Of a DNA stretch of 64,000 nt, positions 25,428 to 36,989 are shown piece by piece. The notes beneath the pieces were generated by a model that did not search any database, had not been told where the DNA came from, and saw only the letters and a list, made by a program, of their open reading frames with translations. The first letter of the stretch is position 1, and every line of letters starts with the position of its first letter. Location of the stretch: positions 21,948,001-22,012,000 of the forward strand of contig OZ076416.1 in the NCBI GenBank assembly GCA_964187785.1, written 5' to 3'. The position numbers and the translations under genes are program-made. Source of the DNA: Amphiscolops sp. MND2022. Taxonomy: Eukaryota.

Positions 25428-25842
25428 CCCAGCGTTTGACATCTTGAATATCTTGCCAAGATCTTTGGAAAATCTTGATATCTTGAATATCATGGAAAGA
25501 TTTTGGATCTTGGAAATCTTGGAACGATCTTGGATTTTGTCTAGACATCTTGAATATCTTGAGTCCTGTCACGTGTGTTATTTAACTACACATCAACAGA
25601 GAGCCTCCACCTCAGAATAAAGACATTGTTCAGTTTCTGGAACTTAGTAAGACCTTGGATTTCATCTTGGATATCTTGACAAGATCTTGGTTCCTCGCTC
25701 GCATTTCTTCGAAGATCTTGACAAAAATTGTAAGATCTCGGCAAGATCTTGGAATATCTTGCAAGATCTTTGCCAGATCTTGGAAGATCTGGAAAGAGCT
25801 TGACAAGATCTTGTCAAAATAATCAAGATGTCGACTGCTGGA
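25428..25842. mobile_element. MITE-like element with about 20-bp imperfect TIRs and CAAGATCTTG-type internal subrepeats
   Basis: cccagcgtttgacatcttga (25428-25447) versus tcaagatgtcgactgctgga (25823-25842). There are many agatcttg/atatcttg units internally. Confidence 0.65.
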
Positions 25843-26116
25843 TTCCCTCTTTGATTGGTTCAAGTTGCAGTTTAGTTGTAAAGCGCAACCAAAAAAGCGA
25901 ATGCAAAGCTAGATGAAATCAAAGGGTAACTTTTTGTTTCTTTAGTCGGCGCTTCATGAAGTGAAGCGCGATTATTATAGTGACTCTTTTTTTTCAATCC
26001 ACACGAACTGACCAAAATAGTTCTACAAAAATTCTACAAAATTTTATGGTCCCAAATTGAATCATTTGACCTAGCGAACTGAACCAAAAAGGGTTTTTCC
26101 TCTTCTTCCGCGTAAC

Positions 26117-26537
26117 ATGCCATACCGGGAGAGACTAAAATGTCCCCCTTTTAGATTTTTTCGGCATTGTGAGACTTTTTTTCGAAAAAAATTTTCCCCA
26201 AAGGGTCCCCCCTTCAATGTTTTGATGTTTTCCGACAGAATGGATGTTGAAAAATCCCAAAGGGTTACCCCCTTTCAGTTATTTTCGGCATTGAGACTTT
26301 TTCCGGAAACTTTTTTTTCACCAAATTTTATAACCCTTCAATTTTTTGATGTTTTGTAACAACGGATGTTGAAAAATGCGAAAGGATCGCTCTTTTAGCG
26401 CGCCAGGGGATCGCGTGCCAGTTCCGTCGTTTGGGGTTTTCGTGAGTTTGATACTTTGAGTTTTTTGACACTTTCATGTTCTTTTGCTATATTCGAGCCT
26501 TAGATATGGTGCGGATTTATGCCGTTCCCGGCTTGTT
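26117..26537. repeat. Short interspersed repeat with internal subrepeats (ttcggcattg..gagac, ccaaagggt..cccc)
   Basis: The internal blocks tttttcggcattg(t)gagacttttt, ccaaagggt and ggatgttgaaaaat each occur twice. Classification uncertain. Confidence 0.4.
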
Positions 26538-26569
26538 TTATTTTCATTTGGAAAAGGTTGTTTTCTAGC

Positions 26570-27130
26570 GTTAAGTGTCCTCTTTAGATACTCTTGGAAA
26601 AAGAGAATTCTTTTTGAAATTTCAATGAGGGCACTTTTCTGTTATTGTTAAAATTTTGGCTCTTTTTCCTTTTCCCCCACACTTTTTAGAGAAAACAAAT
26701 TTAACATAAAGGATTATATTTGACTATATCATTCAATATTTCTTCGAATTAGTCTTTTCCTTTGTTTTGTTGTCTCCGCACTATTAGAGTAGTTTTCCGC
26801 TTGAACAAAACATTGTTCTCACAATTTGACTAATTATGTTCGTATCGAGTGTTTATTGATGACTCAAAACAGGAAGCTGTTGATTTCTTCATCAAAAATG
26901 CGTAACTACATAGGGAAAAAGTGTGAACAAAGTTTGTATCTGAATCCTAAAATATCACCCTGAGAATAAAATTAAAACTGCACTGTTTCATTGGAAACGC
27001 AATTGAGATATAATTATTTGCAAAAACATCATCTTGAAAAGTGTGTGGGGGGGGGGAAGGAAAAAGTTCCGAAATTTTTTGTTAAAAGTATGGTCCTCAA
27101 TGAGTTTTTTAGGACACAGAGCTCTTCTTG
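26570..27130. repeat. Degenerate inverted-repeat (MITE-like) element
   Basis: ttttccttttcccccacactttt (about 26665-26687) is inverted relative to aaaagtgtgtggg..gggaaggaaaaa (about 27037-27065). Confidence 0.4.
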
Positions 27131-28210
27131 AGCTCGAAGTGAGGCGCCGACTTGGGCCTTAACCGGCTTTTTTTCAGAATTCAATCTTCGGGCATAATCG
27201 AGTTATGCATGAATACACAAAGGTGCGATTCAACAGACTACTGTGGACAATTATTTCAGATGGACTTCAGCTTCTTTTCTGTTTTCCCCCACCGCCGTTT
27301 CTTTTGAGAAATTAGTGAAAGTACAAAAAGACTTAAAATAAATCAGAAAGCTTGAGTTTTAAATTTATTCTCATGGATGAAGTTTAGAATTCAGATACAA
27401 ACTATGTTCACGCTATCAAAACGCTTTTCAACTTAGAAAATCAATGAATTCCTTTTTGAATCACAAAAAAACAGTTGATTCGAGCATAATCACAGTGAAA
27501 ATGTGAGCAAAATGCTTTGTTAAAACAAAAAAACTATTAACTCCCTGTTGAGGAAAAAGATTCACTTTTGTTTCGTTCAGTTTGATTATTTTGTAAATTT
27601 CCCTCAATTAGTTTTGACGGTGGGGGAAAGCAGAAAAGAGCAGGACTTCCGAAAAAACACAGGAGTTTTTTTAATTCTATCATACAAATACCTAAGTTCA
27701 AAAATGCACGTGACAAGTGAACATAAAAGTTTTTACTTCATCACATTCCAGAATCTTAATTGACATGAGTACATGAGGAAGTTGATGAGATCATAATGAA
27801 AAATCTGAGATTATCTCGAAACAACTTTACGCTGTGTATATTTTTCGTTATGCTTATTCCTATGATGAACTGCTACAATAGGCAAAGGTTAGTTTTTCTC
27901 GCCTGCCAAAAAATTTTTGGGTTTTCAAAACCCCCCTCTCGACACGGTTAAAATGAATTTTCCTTAACGGTTCAAAATATTGTTGGATTTTTCGTTTTCC
28001 CACAGAATTGAGAAAGAGCTGTGAAGTTAGAACAAAATAAACCCGATTTCATATATTTGTGAGGTCATCAGAATAGAGTAAAATAGTTTTCGAACTTTTT
28101 AGGTTTATAAAAGAGTTTTTCATTGTGTGTGGCAAGAAGATTCAAGAGGGGTTTTGCAAAAACATTCTCAGGTTCGGGGGGTAGAAGCGTGCCAATAGGT
28201 TTTCTGTAAA

Positions 28211-31200
28211 AGTTTTCAACAATTGTTTCATCTATTGACAACTATTTTAATGACGTCAAACAATTTACTCAGCCAGCAAGTTTTCAATTTTCCTCAGGAA
28301 AAGCTTGAGTGGTTTTGGGAGCTCTTTTTGGGAAGTTGTTCTTTGTAAAGTTTATTAACATAACAGCATAGCAGTACTGGTGAGTTACGTGATGAAAAAA
28401 ATATATAAGTTTTGTCATATAAATGTAACGTAAGGCAAGGGACTTTGTAGAAGTTTTTGAAAATTTCAATCAAAAATTCGAAATGTGCGTTATCAAACAA
28501 GCACATTCAAGATTGCCGACCCGGCAGGTACGAAAACCGTAGAGGAAGCAAAATAAAGGCAGAATATAGCCAGACCCAGCCCAAGAGAGAATAGACCGCC
28601 ATAGAAGTATCGCGAAATCGCAGTGCAGTGCCATCAGCCTCGGAAGACGTCCCAGATAACAGCAGAGCCTGAAGAATGGCCCAAAAGATGAAGAAACTCA
28701 GAAGTTTGCATTGTTTGCATCTGCCACCGCGCAAGCCCAAGACGCGCTGACACTGACGCGTCATGTTTTCTTAGTCTGTTGTACTGTATTTGTGGTTTTT
28801 GCATTTATTTGGTGATGTTTGATCTACTAGATCTGTACTTTAGAACTTATTCCCCTATTAAAATGTATTTTGCATAAACCTATAAACCTCTGTTTTTGGC
28901 CTCGGAAGTATGTTGCGGGAACACGCTAGAAACCTAAGGATTCATTTTTACAGGCTTGTGGGGCGTGTCCGGACTTTAAGAGTGTCGGCATGTCGCCTCG
29001 GAGCTCTAACTTAGGGGAGTTTCCTTAGACGCAAGAAAAGTCCCCCTAGGAGACCATTTTGGGATAAAAAACTAGCGTCTAGGGATGTAGTAAGACCATG
29101 GTCTCCTGTTTAAGCACTCTAGGCATTTTCCCTTATCCTAGATGTGCGCCGCTAGCCGGACGTTACATCTGGAATAGTTTTTATGGCGACCACAGAGGGT
29201 TTTTTTTTTTCATTTTTACGTCCAACTAGGAGCAACTCCTGCTTTCCGGCCCTGTAAGGTCCGGATCTAGGAGAAGCTTTTCGGAGGGTCCTAGATTTTT
29301 AATTGTCTGTTTCTGGCCCTTTGGGCCTTGTATTAGTGCGTTTTCTGCGTTTCCTGCATGTTTAGGAGGTCTAGAGCCAGAAATAGATAGTTTCAGACGG
29401 TGTACCCCCTTTTGCCTTAACTGTACTTGCTGAAAGAGCTATTCCGGCCTATCCGGAACGTGTTTTAACGGGTTTTTCAGCTCCTTTTCAACTAATTGGC
29501 AATGCACAGGGACTGAGAGGACTACCCGTGAAGGCCCCAACTAGCTGAGTGCAAGACGTCAGGTCCTTCACGTCGCAGCCTCCACCTCACCTTCAACTGC
29601 CGAATCTACGACATCAGCTGAGTTATTTCCTTTCCCCTGTAATTAAAAGCCCAGAGAGAGTATTCCCAGGCCTATTCCCACGTAAACTAACTGGAAAAAA
29701 GACCCAGCGGGTGTGCAGACCAGTTGTTGAAAAATTTGAACGCGAAAACCTCGAAAGCAAAACCATTTATAGCTCAAATTTCGATTTTTCCAATTTTGAA
29801 AGTCAAAATTTAATAGAATTGTGCACGGCCGGTGGGAATGCTAGAATAACGTTCCAACAGAACTACTAGGTCAAGAACAAAAACTTTTGTTGCGCGAAAT
29901 TTGGAGAAAAACGCGAAAAATTCATCAAATTTTGTTAAAAAATCGTCAAATTTGGCCAAGGCGAAGCCTTGGGCATTTGTGCCCAAGCTTTTTGAACAGC
30001 CCAAACGCTTTATTGTCGGGCTTGGTAGTACAAAACACTACTACCAAGATAGTTGTTAGCGATCCCCCTTATATATTGAAACTTTATCAGTCCCTTTCTT
30101 CTGTTACAAATAGACCTGAGTGGAGGACCCCCCATAGGCCTGAGTGTTATTGAAACTAAACTTATTATTGAAATCACCCCATTCCCCTGGATAAAGTTTT
30201 TACACATTTTTACACTGCTGATAAAACCATTCCGAACCCCTGAGAACAACGAAACAGCAAGTTCTTCGCGAAAATACGCATTTTCAGTACTGTTCCGATA
30301 GTGTAAAAGGTGCAATCTGAAAATTTTTTGAGAAACCCTGTTTGGAACCTACCAGGTTTTGCTTGCCTGTTTTCTAATATTATAGAGTGTCACGTTGCTA
30401 ACGCGGAAAACAGCGAGCGAGTTCGAGCTGTGGTTGCCGAGAAATAGTCGAAAACGCACAATTTTGGCCACATTTTGGGAATTCAGCAACCACGTTTTTT
30501 CGACAAGTCGACATTTCTCCTAGCAGGAAGAGCCAAAAAGCGATTACACCATTGTGTAGAACGCGAAAAATTACGCTAGTAGCGTGATTTGGTGGCGGTA
30601 CTGTCAATACTGGTGGAAAAACCTTAGCTCAAAAACTGCATAAAATTGCCAAAAAAACGGAAATTTAGTTGAGGCCAGTGCGATACCCTCAAGGTATCCC
30701 AGCACCTTATTTCGCTTGTTTTCGAGAATGTGGTACTAAATCACGACAATTTGTGCAATTTGAGCAGTCAGAGGCTAGCCAATGCAGAGAAATTGACCTT
30801 TTCGTGAAAGTTGACCCGAAAAAAGTGGTACCTCAAGTACATCAACGTTTTGTCACACCGAATCGTCAGTTAGTGATCCAGGCACCTCGCCGCCGCGTTG
30901 TTCTGTTACGTGGGCAAAATTCACGCTCGCATACGAAATTTCAGGTAGCTAGGACGCCTAGAAGGCGAGTTTGACTTTCTTTTGGCAATTTCACGACAGT
31001 CAATTTTCAGTGAACATTGTTAAGTGACCGTAACACTCACAGAGTCAATTTTGGCGCAATCGGAAGTTAATTCCCCACGATTGAGCTAGTTTAGTAAACG
31101 GTGTGAACTTGTCAGGTCACTAGCAGCGCTAGAACTGAATGTCTCCTTCCCCGGAGGTGCCTGTTCACAAAAAAATTGTTGATTTTGCAATTTTGTGAGA

Positions 31201-31710
31201 CGAACAGCACACTTTTTGTCAGTGTACGTGCCAGTGAGGGCCCAAACGACGTAACTAGCATACCAGGCACGCTCAGCACGTCCTGCTGAATCATTTTGAT
31301 TAGTGCTAAACTGACCCTATGATCTCGGGTCTCAGAGAAAACGGTCTACAGGACATAGAGGTGAAAAACCAAAAATCGAAATTCGCCTCCTGACTGCTAT
31401 CAAAGTCACCTAAGTGCAAGTTTTTCGTTATGAACACGCACGCTTGGTGCCCTGTGTACCCTGTGGGTGCTGGATCTCGTTTGTAGGGACTTTTAGATGT
31501 TCAGACTTTTGAACGCTGAGCGTCTCGAAACAGAACAACAACTACAGTAGTGACTGCCATAGTTGAAAAAGAACGCTTTTTCTGATCGTACTACGATCGT
31601 AATGCAAGAAAGCACTTCAAACTCAGTGTCGTTCCTTTTACTTTTACTCACCCCCAAGGCCTATTCCCAATCCCTGATCACTTTTACGGCCTTACTTGTG
31701 CTCTCCAGAG
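28211..31710. repeat. 3.5-kb tandem duplication, unit 1
   Basis: agttttcaacaattgtttcatc starts at 28211 and again at 31711. Both units end in gccttacttgtgctctccagag. Confidence 0.95.
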
Positions 31711-34700
31711 AGTTTTCAACAATTGTTTCATCTATTGACAACTATTTTAATGACGTCAAACAATTTACTCAGCCACCAAGTTTTTAATTTTCCTCAGGAA
31801 AAGCTTGAGTGGTTTTGGGAGCTCTTTTTGGGAAGTTGTTCTTTGTAAAGTTTATTAACATAACAGCATAGCAGTACTGGTGAGTTACGTGATGAAAAAA
31901 ATATATAAATTTTGTCATATAAATGTAACGTAAGGCAAGGGACTTTGCAGAAGTTTTTGAAAATTTCAATCAAAAATTCGAAAGGTGCGTTATCAAACAA
32001 GCACATTCAAGATTGCCGACCCGGCAGGTACGAAAACCGTAGAGGAAGCAAAATAAAGGCAGAATATAGCCAGACCCAGCCCAAGAGAGAATAGACCGCC
32101 ATAGAAGTATCGCGAAATCGCAGTGCAGTGCCATCAGCCTCGGAAGACGTCCCAGATAACAGCAGAGACTGAAGAATGGCCCAAAAGATGAAGAAACTCA
32201 GAAGTTTGCATTGTTTGCATCTGCCACCGCGCAAGCCCAAGACGCGCTGACACTGACGCGTCTTGTTTTCTTAGTCTGTTGTACTGTATTTGTGGTTTTT
32301 ATTTGGTGATGTTTGATCTACTAGATCTGTACTTTAGAACTTATTCCCCTATTAAAATGTATTTTGCATAAACCTACAAACCTCTGTTTTTGGCCTCGGA
32401 AGTATGTTGCGGGAACACGCTAGAAACCTAAGGATTCGTTTTTACAGGCTTGTGGGGCGTGTCCGGACTTTAAGAGTGTCGGCATGTCGCCTCGGAGCTC
32501 TAACTTAGGGGAGTTTCCTTAGACGCAAGAAAAGTCCCCCTAGGAGACCATTTTGGGATAAAAAACTAGCGTCTAGGGATGTAGTAAGACCATGGTCTCC
32601 TGTTTAAGCACTCTAGGCATTTTCCCTTATCCTAGATGTGCGCCGCTACTCGGACGTTACATCTGGAATAGTTTTTATGGCGAACACAGAGGGTTTTTTT
32701 CATTTTTACGTCCAACTAGGAGCAACTCCTGCTTTCCTGCCCTGTAAGGTCCGGATCTAGGAGAAGCTTTTCGGAGGGTCCTAGATTTTTAATTGTCTCT
32801 TTCTGGCCCTTTGGGCCTTGTATTAGTGCGTTTCCTGCGTTTCCTGCATGTTTAGGAGGTCTAGAGCCAGAAATAGATAGTTTCAGACGGTGTACCCCCT
32901 TTTGCCTTAACTGTACTTGCTGAAAGAGCTATTCCAGCCTATCCGGAACGTGTTTTAACGGGTTTTTCAGCTCCTTTTCAACTAATTGGCAATGCACAGG
33001 GACTGAGAGGACTACCCGTGAAGGCCCCAACTAGCTGAGTGCAAGACGTCAGGTCCTTCACGTCGCAGCCTCCACCTCACCTTCAACTGCCGAATCTACA
33101 ACATCAGCTGAGTTATTTCGTTTCCCCTGTAATTAATAGCCCAGAGAGAGCATTCCCAGGCCTATTCCCACGTAAACTAACTGGAAAAAATACCCAGCGG
33201 GTGTTCAGACCAGTTGTTGAAAAATTTGAACGCGAAAACCTCGAAAGCAAAACCATTTATAGCTCAAATTCCGATTTTTCCAATTTTGAAAGTCAAAATT
33301 TAATAGAATTGTGCACGGTTGGTGGGAATGCTAGAATAACGTTCCAACAGACCTACTAGGTCAAGAACAAAAACTTTTGTTGCGCGAAATTTGGAGAAAA
33401 ACGCGAAAAATTCAACAAATTTTGTTAAAAAATTGTCAAATTTGGCCATTTTGACCAAATTTGGCCAAGGCGAAGCCTTGGGCATTTGTGCCCAAGCTTT
33501 TTGAACAGCCCAAACGCTTTATTGTCGGGCTTGGTAGTACAAAACACTACTACCAAGATAGTTGTTAGCGATCCCCCATATATATTGAAACTTTATCAGT
33601 CCCTTTCTTCTGTTACAAATAGACCTGAGTGGAGGACACCCCATAGGCCTGAGTGTTATTGAAACTAAACTTATTATTGAAATCACCCCATTCCCCTGGA
33701 TAAAGTTTTTACACATTTTTACACTGCTGTTAAAACCATTCCGAACGCCTGAGAACAACGAAACAGCAAGTTCTTCGCGAAAATACGCATTTTCAGTACT
33801 GTTCCGATAGTGTAAAAGGTGCAATCTGAAAATTTTTTGAGAAATCCTGTTTGGAACCTACCAGGTTTTGCTTGCCTGTTTTCTAATATTATAGAGTGTC
33901 ACGTTGCTAACGCGGAAAACGGCGAGCTAGTTCGAGCTGCGGTTGCCGAGAAATAGTCGAAAACGCACAATTTTGGCCACATACATTTTGGGAATTCAGC
34001 AACCACGTTTTTTCAACAAGTCGACATTTCTCCTAGCAGGAAGAGCCAAAAAGCGATTACACCATTGTGTAGAGCGCGAAAAATTACGCTAGTAGCGTGA
34101 TTTGGTGGCGGTACTGTCAATACTGGTGGAAAAACCTTAGCTCAAAAAGTGCATAAAATTGCCAAAAAAACGGAATTTTAGTTGAGGCCAGTGCGATACC
34201 CTCAAGGTATCCCAGCACCTTATTTCGCTTGTTTTCGAGAATGTGGTACTAAATCACGACAATTTGTGCAATTGGAGCAGTCAGTGGCTAGCCAATGCAG
34301 AGAAATTGACCTTTTCGTGAATGTTGACCCGAAAAAAGTGGTACCTCAAGTACATCAACGTTTTGTCACACCGAATCGTCAGTTAGTGATCCAGGCACCT
34401 CGCCGCCGCGTTGTTCTGTTACGTGGGCAAAATTCACGCTCGCATACGAAATTTCAGGTAGCTAGGACGCCTAGAAGGCGAGTTTGACTAACTTTTGGCA
34501 ATTTCGCGACAGTCAATTTTCAGTGAACATTGTTAAGTGACCGTAACACTCACAGAGTCAATTTTGGCGCAATCGGAAGTTAATTCCCCACGATTGAGCT
34601 AGTGTAGTAAACGGTGTGAAAATGTCAGGTCACTAGCAGCGCTAGAACTGAATGTCACCTTCCCCGGAGGTGCCTGTTCACAAAAAAATTGTTGATTTTG

Positions 34701-35222
34701 CAATTTTGTGAGACGAACAGCACACTTTTTGTCAGTGTACGTGCCAGTGAGGGCCCAAACGACGTAACTAGCATACCAGGCACGCTCAGCACGTCCTGCT
34801 GAATCATTTTGATTAGTGCTAAACTGACCCTATGATCTCGGGTCTCAGAGAAAACGGTCTACAGGACATAGAGGTGAAAACCAAAAATCGAAATTCGCCT
34901 CCTGACTGCTATCAAAGTCACCTAAGTGCAAGTTTTTCGTTATGAACACGCACGCTTGATGCCCTGTGTACCCTGTGGGTGCTGGATCTCGTTTGTAGGG
35001 ACTTTTAGATGTTCAGACTTTTGAACGCTGAGCGTCTCGAAACAGAACAACAACTACAGTAGTGACTGCCATAGTTGAAAAAGAACGCTTTTTCTGATCG
35101 TACTACGATCGTAATGCAAGAAAGCACTTCAAACTCAGTGTCGTTCTTTTTACTTTTACTCACCCCCAAGGCCTATTCCCAATCCCTGATCACTTTTACG
35201 GCCTTACTTGTGCTCTCCAGAG
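31711..35222. repeat. 3.5-kb tandem duplication, unit 2
   Basis: Colinear with 28211-31710, with scattered substitutions and small indels (3512 versus 3500 bp). Confidence 0.95.
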
Positions 35223-36245
35223 ACAGGGCTGCATGAGTCACAAACGGACATTTCAGACAATCTAGCATCTGTAGCCAAGCAGGCTTCCCAAAAAATCTGT
35301 GTTCGTTGCTCGATTCAAACATGAGGTGTACTTCGGTTCTCGGTACCACAGTTGTGTGAACCATGTCGATGTGAAAACACCGGACAAAAGATTGGGCCGG
35401 GGAGTACCCGTACTCTCCCGAGAGAAATCAATACCAAGCATGATGAAACACCCAGATCTTCGAAGCTCTGAGAACTGATTTCGAATGATTGCTCTGGAAC
35501 TGGTTTTTTTTACCAAGACTGTTTTCATGATCTATAATGCCTGATGTTTGACCTTTATTGGATTCGCTCTATCATCGCTATTGTCATTGTCATCATTTTG
35601 AGAAGCAGTTTATTTCCATCTCTTGCGTATGCACTGGTGCTTGTACTAGCTAAACGATACCTTTATCTGAGCCTGCACTGCTAACACAATAGACTAAATG
35701 CGTCCTCACTTTTGGTGATATTTTACAGTTTTGAGCACTGTTTTCCCATTGTTGCTATTTATTGTGCAATTTCTGTTGGCCATGACCTACGACCATTTTG
35801 CAAGACCACAGCAGTTATTTTTGTTTTTCGCTTTTTAAGTGCTATCGTGCATTTTGTAAAACCTAACCTATCAAGTGGGCCCCCGTCCAATGCCAAATCT
35901 GTTCTGATGAGTGCTTTTTTACTTATTCAGATGCGGCAACAAAAAGTGCTAGTAATTTTGGTGCGAAAGTAAAAGTTTAAAAACGTCTTGAATACAATGC
36001 TAAGTGTCTAAAGGTGCTAAAGTATTCCAGTGCTAGAACTGAGTGGGTGTGGAATCCAAGGAAGCCTGCTAAGCTGGCGAAAACACAAGTTTTTGGGCAG
36101 TAACTTGTTTTTGGGCAACGACTTCCATTCAGATTCCTGACGTACCATGTTGCAACAGTATCACTGGATCACTGGATGGTGGCAACCAAGATGTGAACGT
36201 CCTCTCTCGTTTGTCGAGGACGACAAACTAAGGCCCGGGGAAATT

Positions 36246-36979
36246 GTAACGTCAGGGACGTTGCAGAAATTTTTGAAAATTTCGATCAAAAATTCGAAAT
36301 GTGCGGTATCAAACAAGCACATTCAAGATTGCCGACCCGGCAGGTACGAAAGCCGTAGAGGAAACAAAATAAAGGCAGAACAGAGCCAGACCCAGCCCGA
36401 GAGAGAATAGCCCGCCATATAAGTATCCCCGAAATCGCAGTGCGGTGCCATCACCCTCGGAAGACGTCCCAGATAACAGCAGAACCGGAAGAATGGCCCA
36501 AAAGATGAAGAAACTCAGAAGTTTGCATTATTTGCATGTGCCACCGCGCAAGCCCAATATGCGCTGACACTGACGCTTGATGGTTTCTTAGTCTGTTGTT
36601 TTGTATTTGTGGTTTTCGCAGGTATTCTGTGATGTTCGATTTACTAGATCTGTATTTTAGAACTTATTCCCCTATTAAAGTACATTTTGCATAAACCTCT
36701 GTTTTTGGCCTCGGAAGTCTGCAGGAGTTGCTGGAACACGCTAGAAACTTTGGGATTGGTTTTTACAGGCTTGTGGCGCGTGTCCGGACTTTGAGACAGC
36801 CGGCACGTCACCTCGGAGCTCTAACTAGAGGAGCCTCTTTAGACGCAAGAAGAAAAGTACCCATAGGAGACTATTTTGGGAATAAAAACTAGTGTCTAGG
36901 GATGTAGTAAGACAATGGTCTCCTGTTTAAGCGCCCTAGGCATTTTCCTTCTTCCTAGATGTGCGCTGCTAGCCGGACG
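36246..36979 (+). repeat. Third, partial and more diverged copy of the repeat unit (matches 28424-29162)
   Basis: Begins tgtaacgt, continues aaattcgaaatgtgcg..caagattgccgacccggcaggtacga and ends gctagccggacg. Confidence 0.9.
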
Positions 36980-36989
36980 ATACAAAACT

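Noticed and set aside
29549-34487. Paired 100-aa ORFs conserved in both tandem units
   Set aside because: Their conservation is explained by the recent duplication, there are no recognisable domains, and overlapping ORFs lie on both strands.
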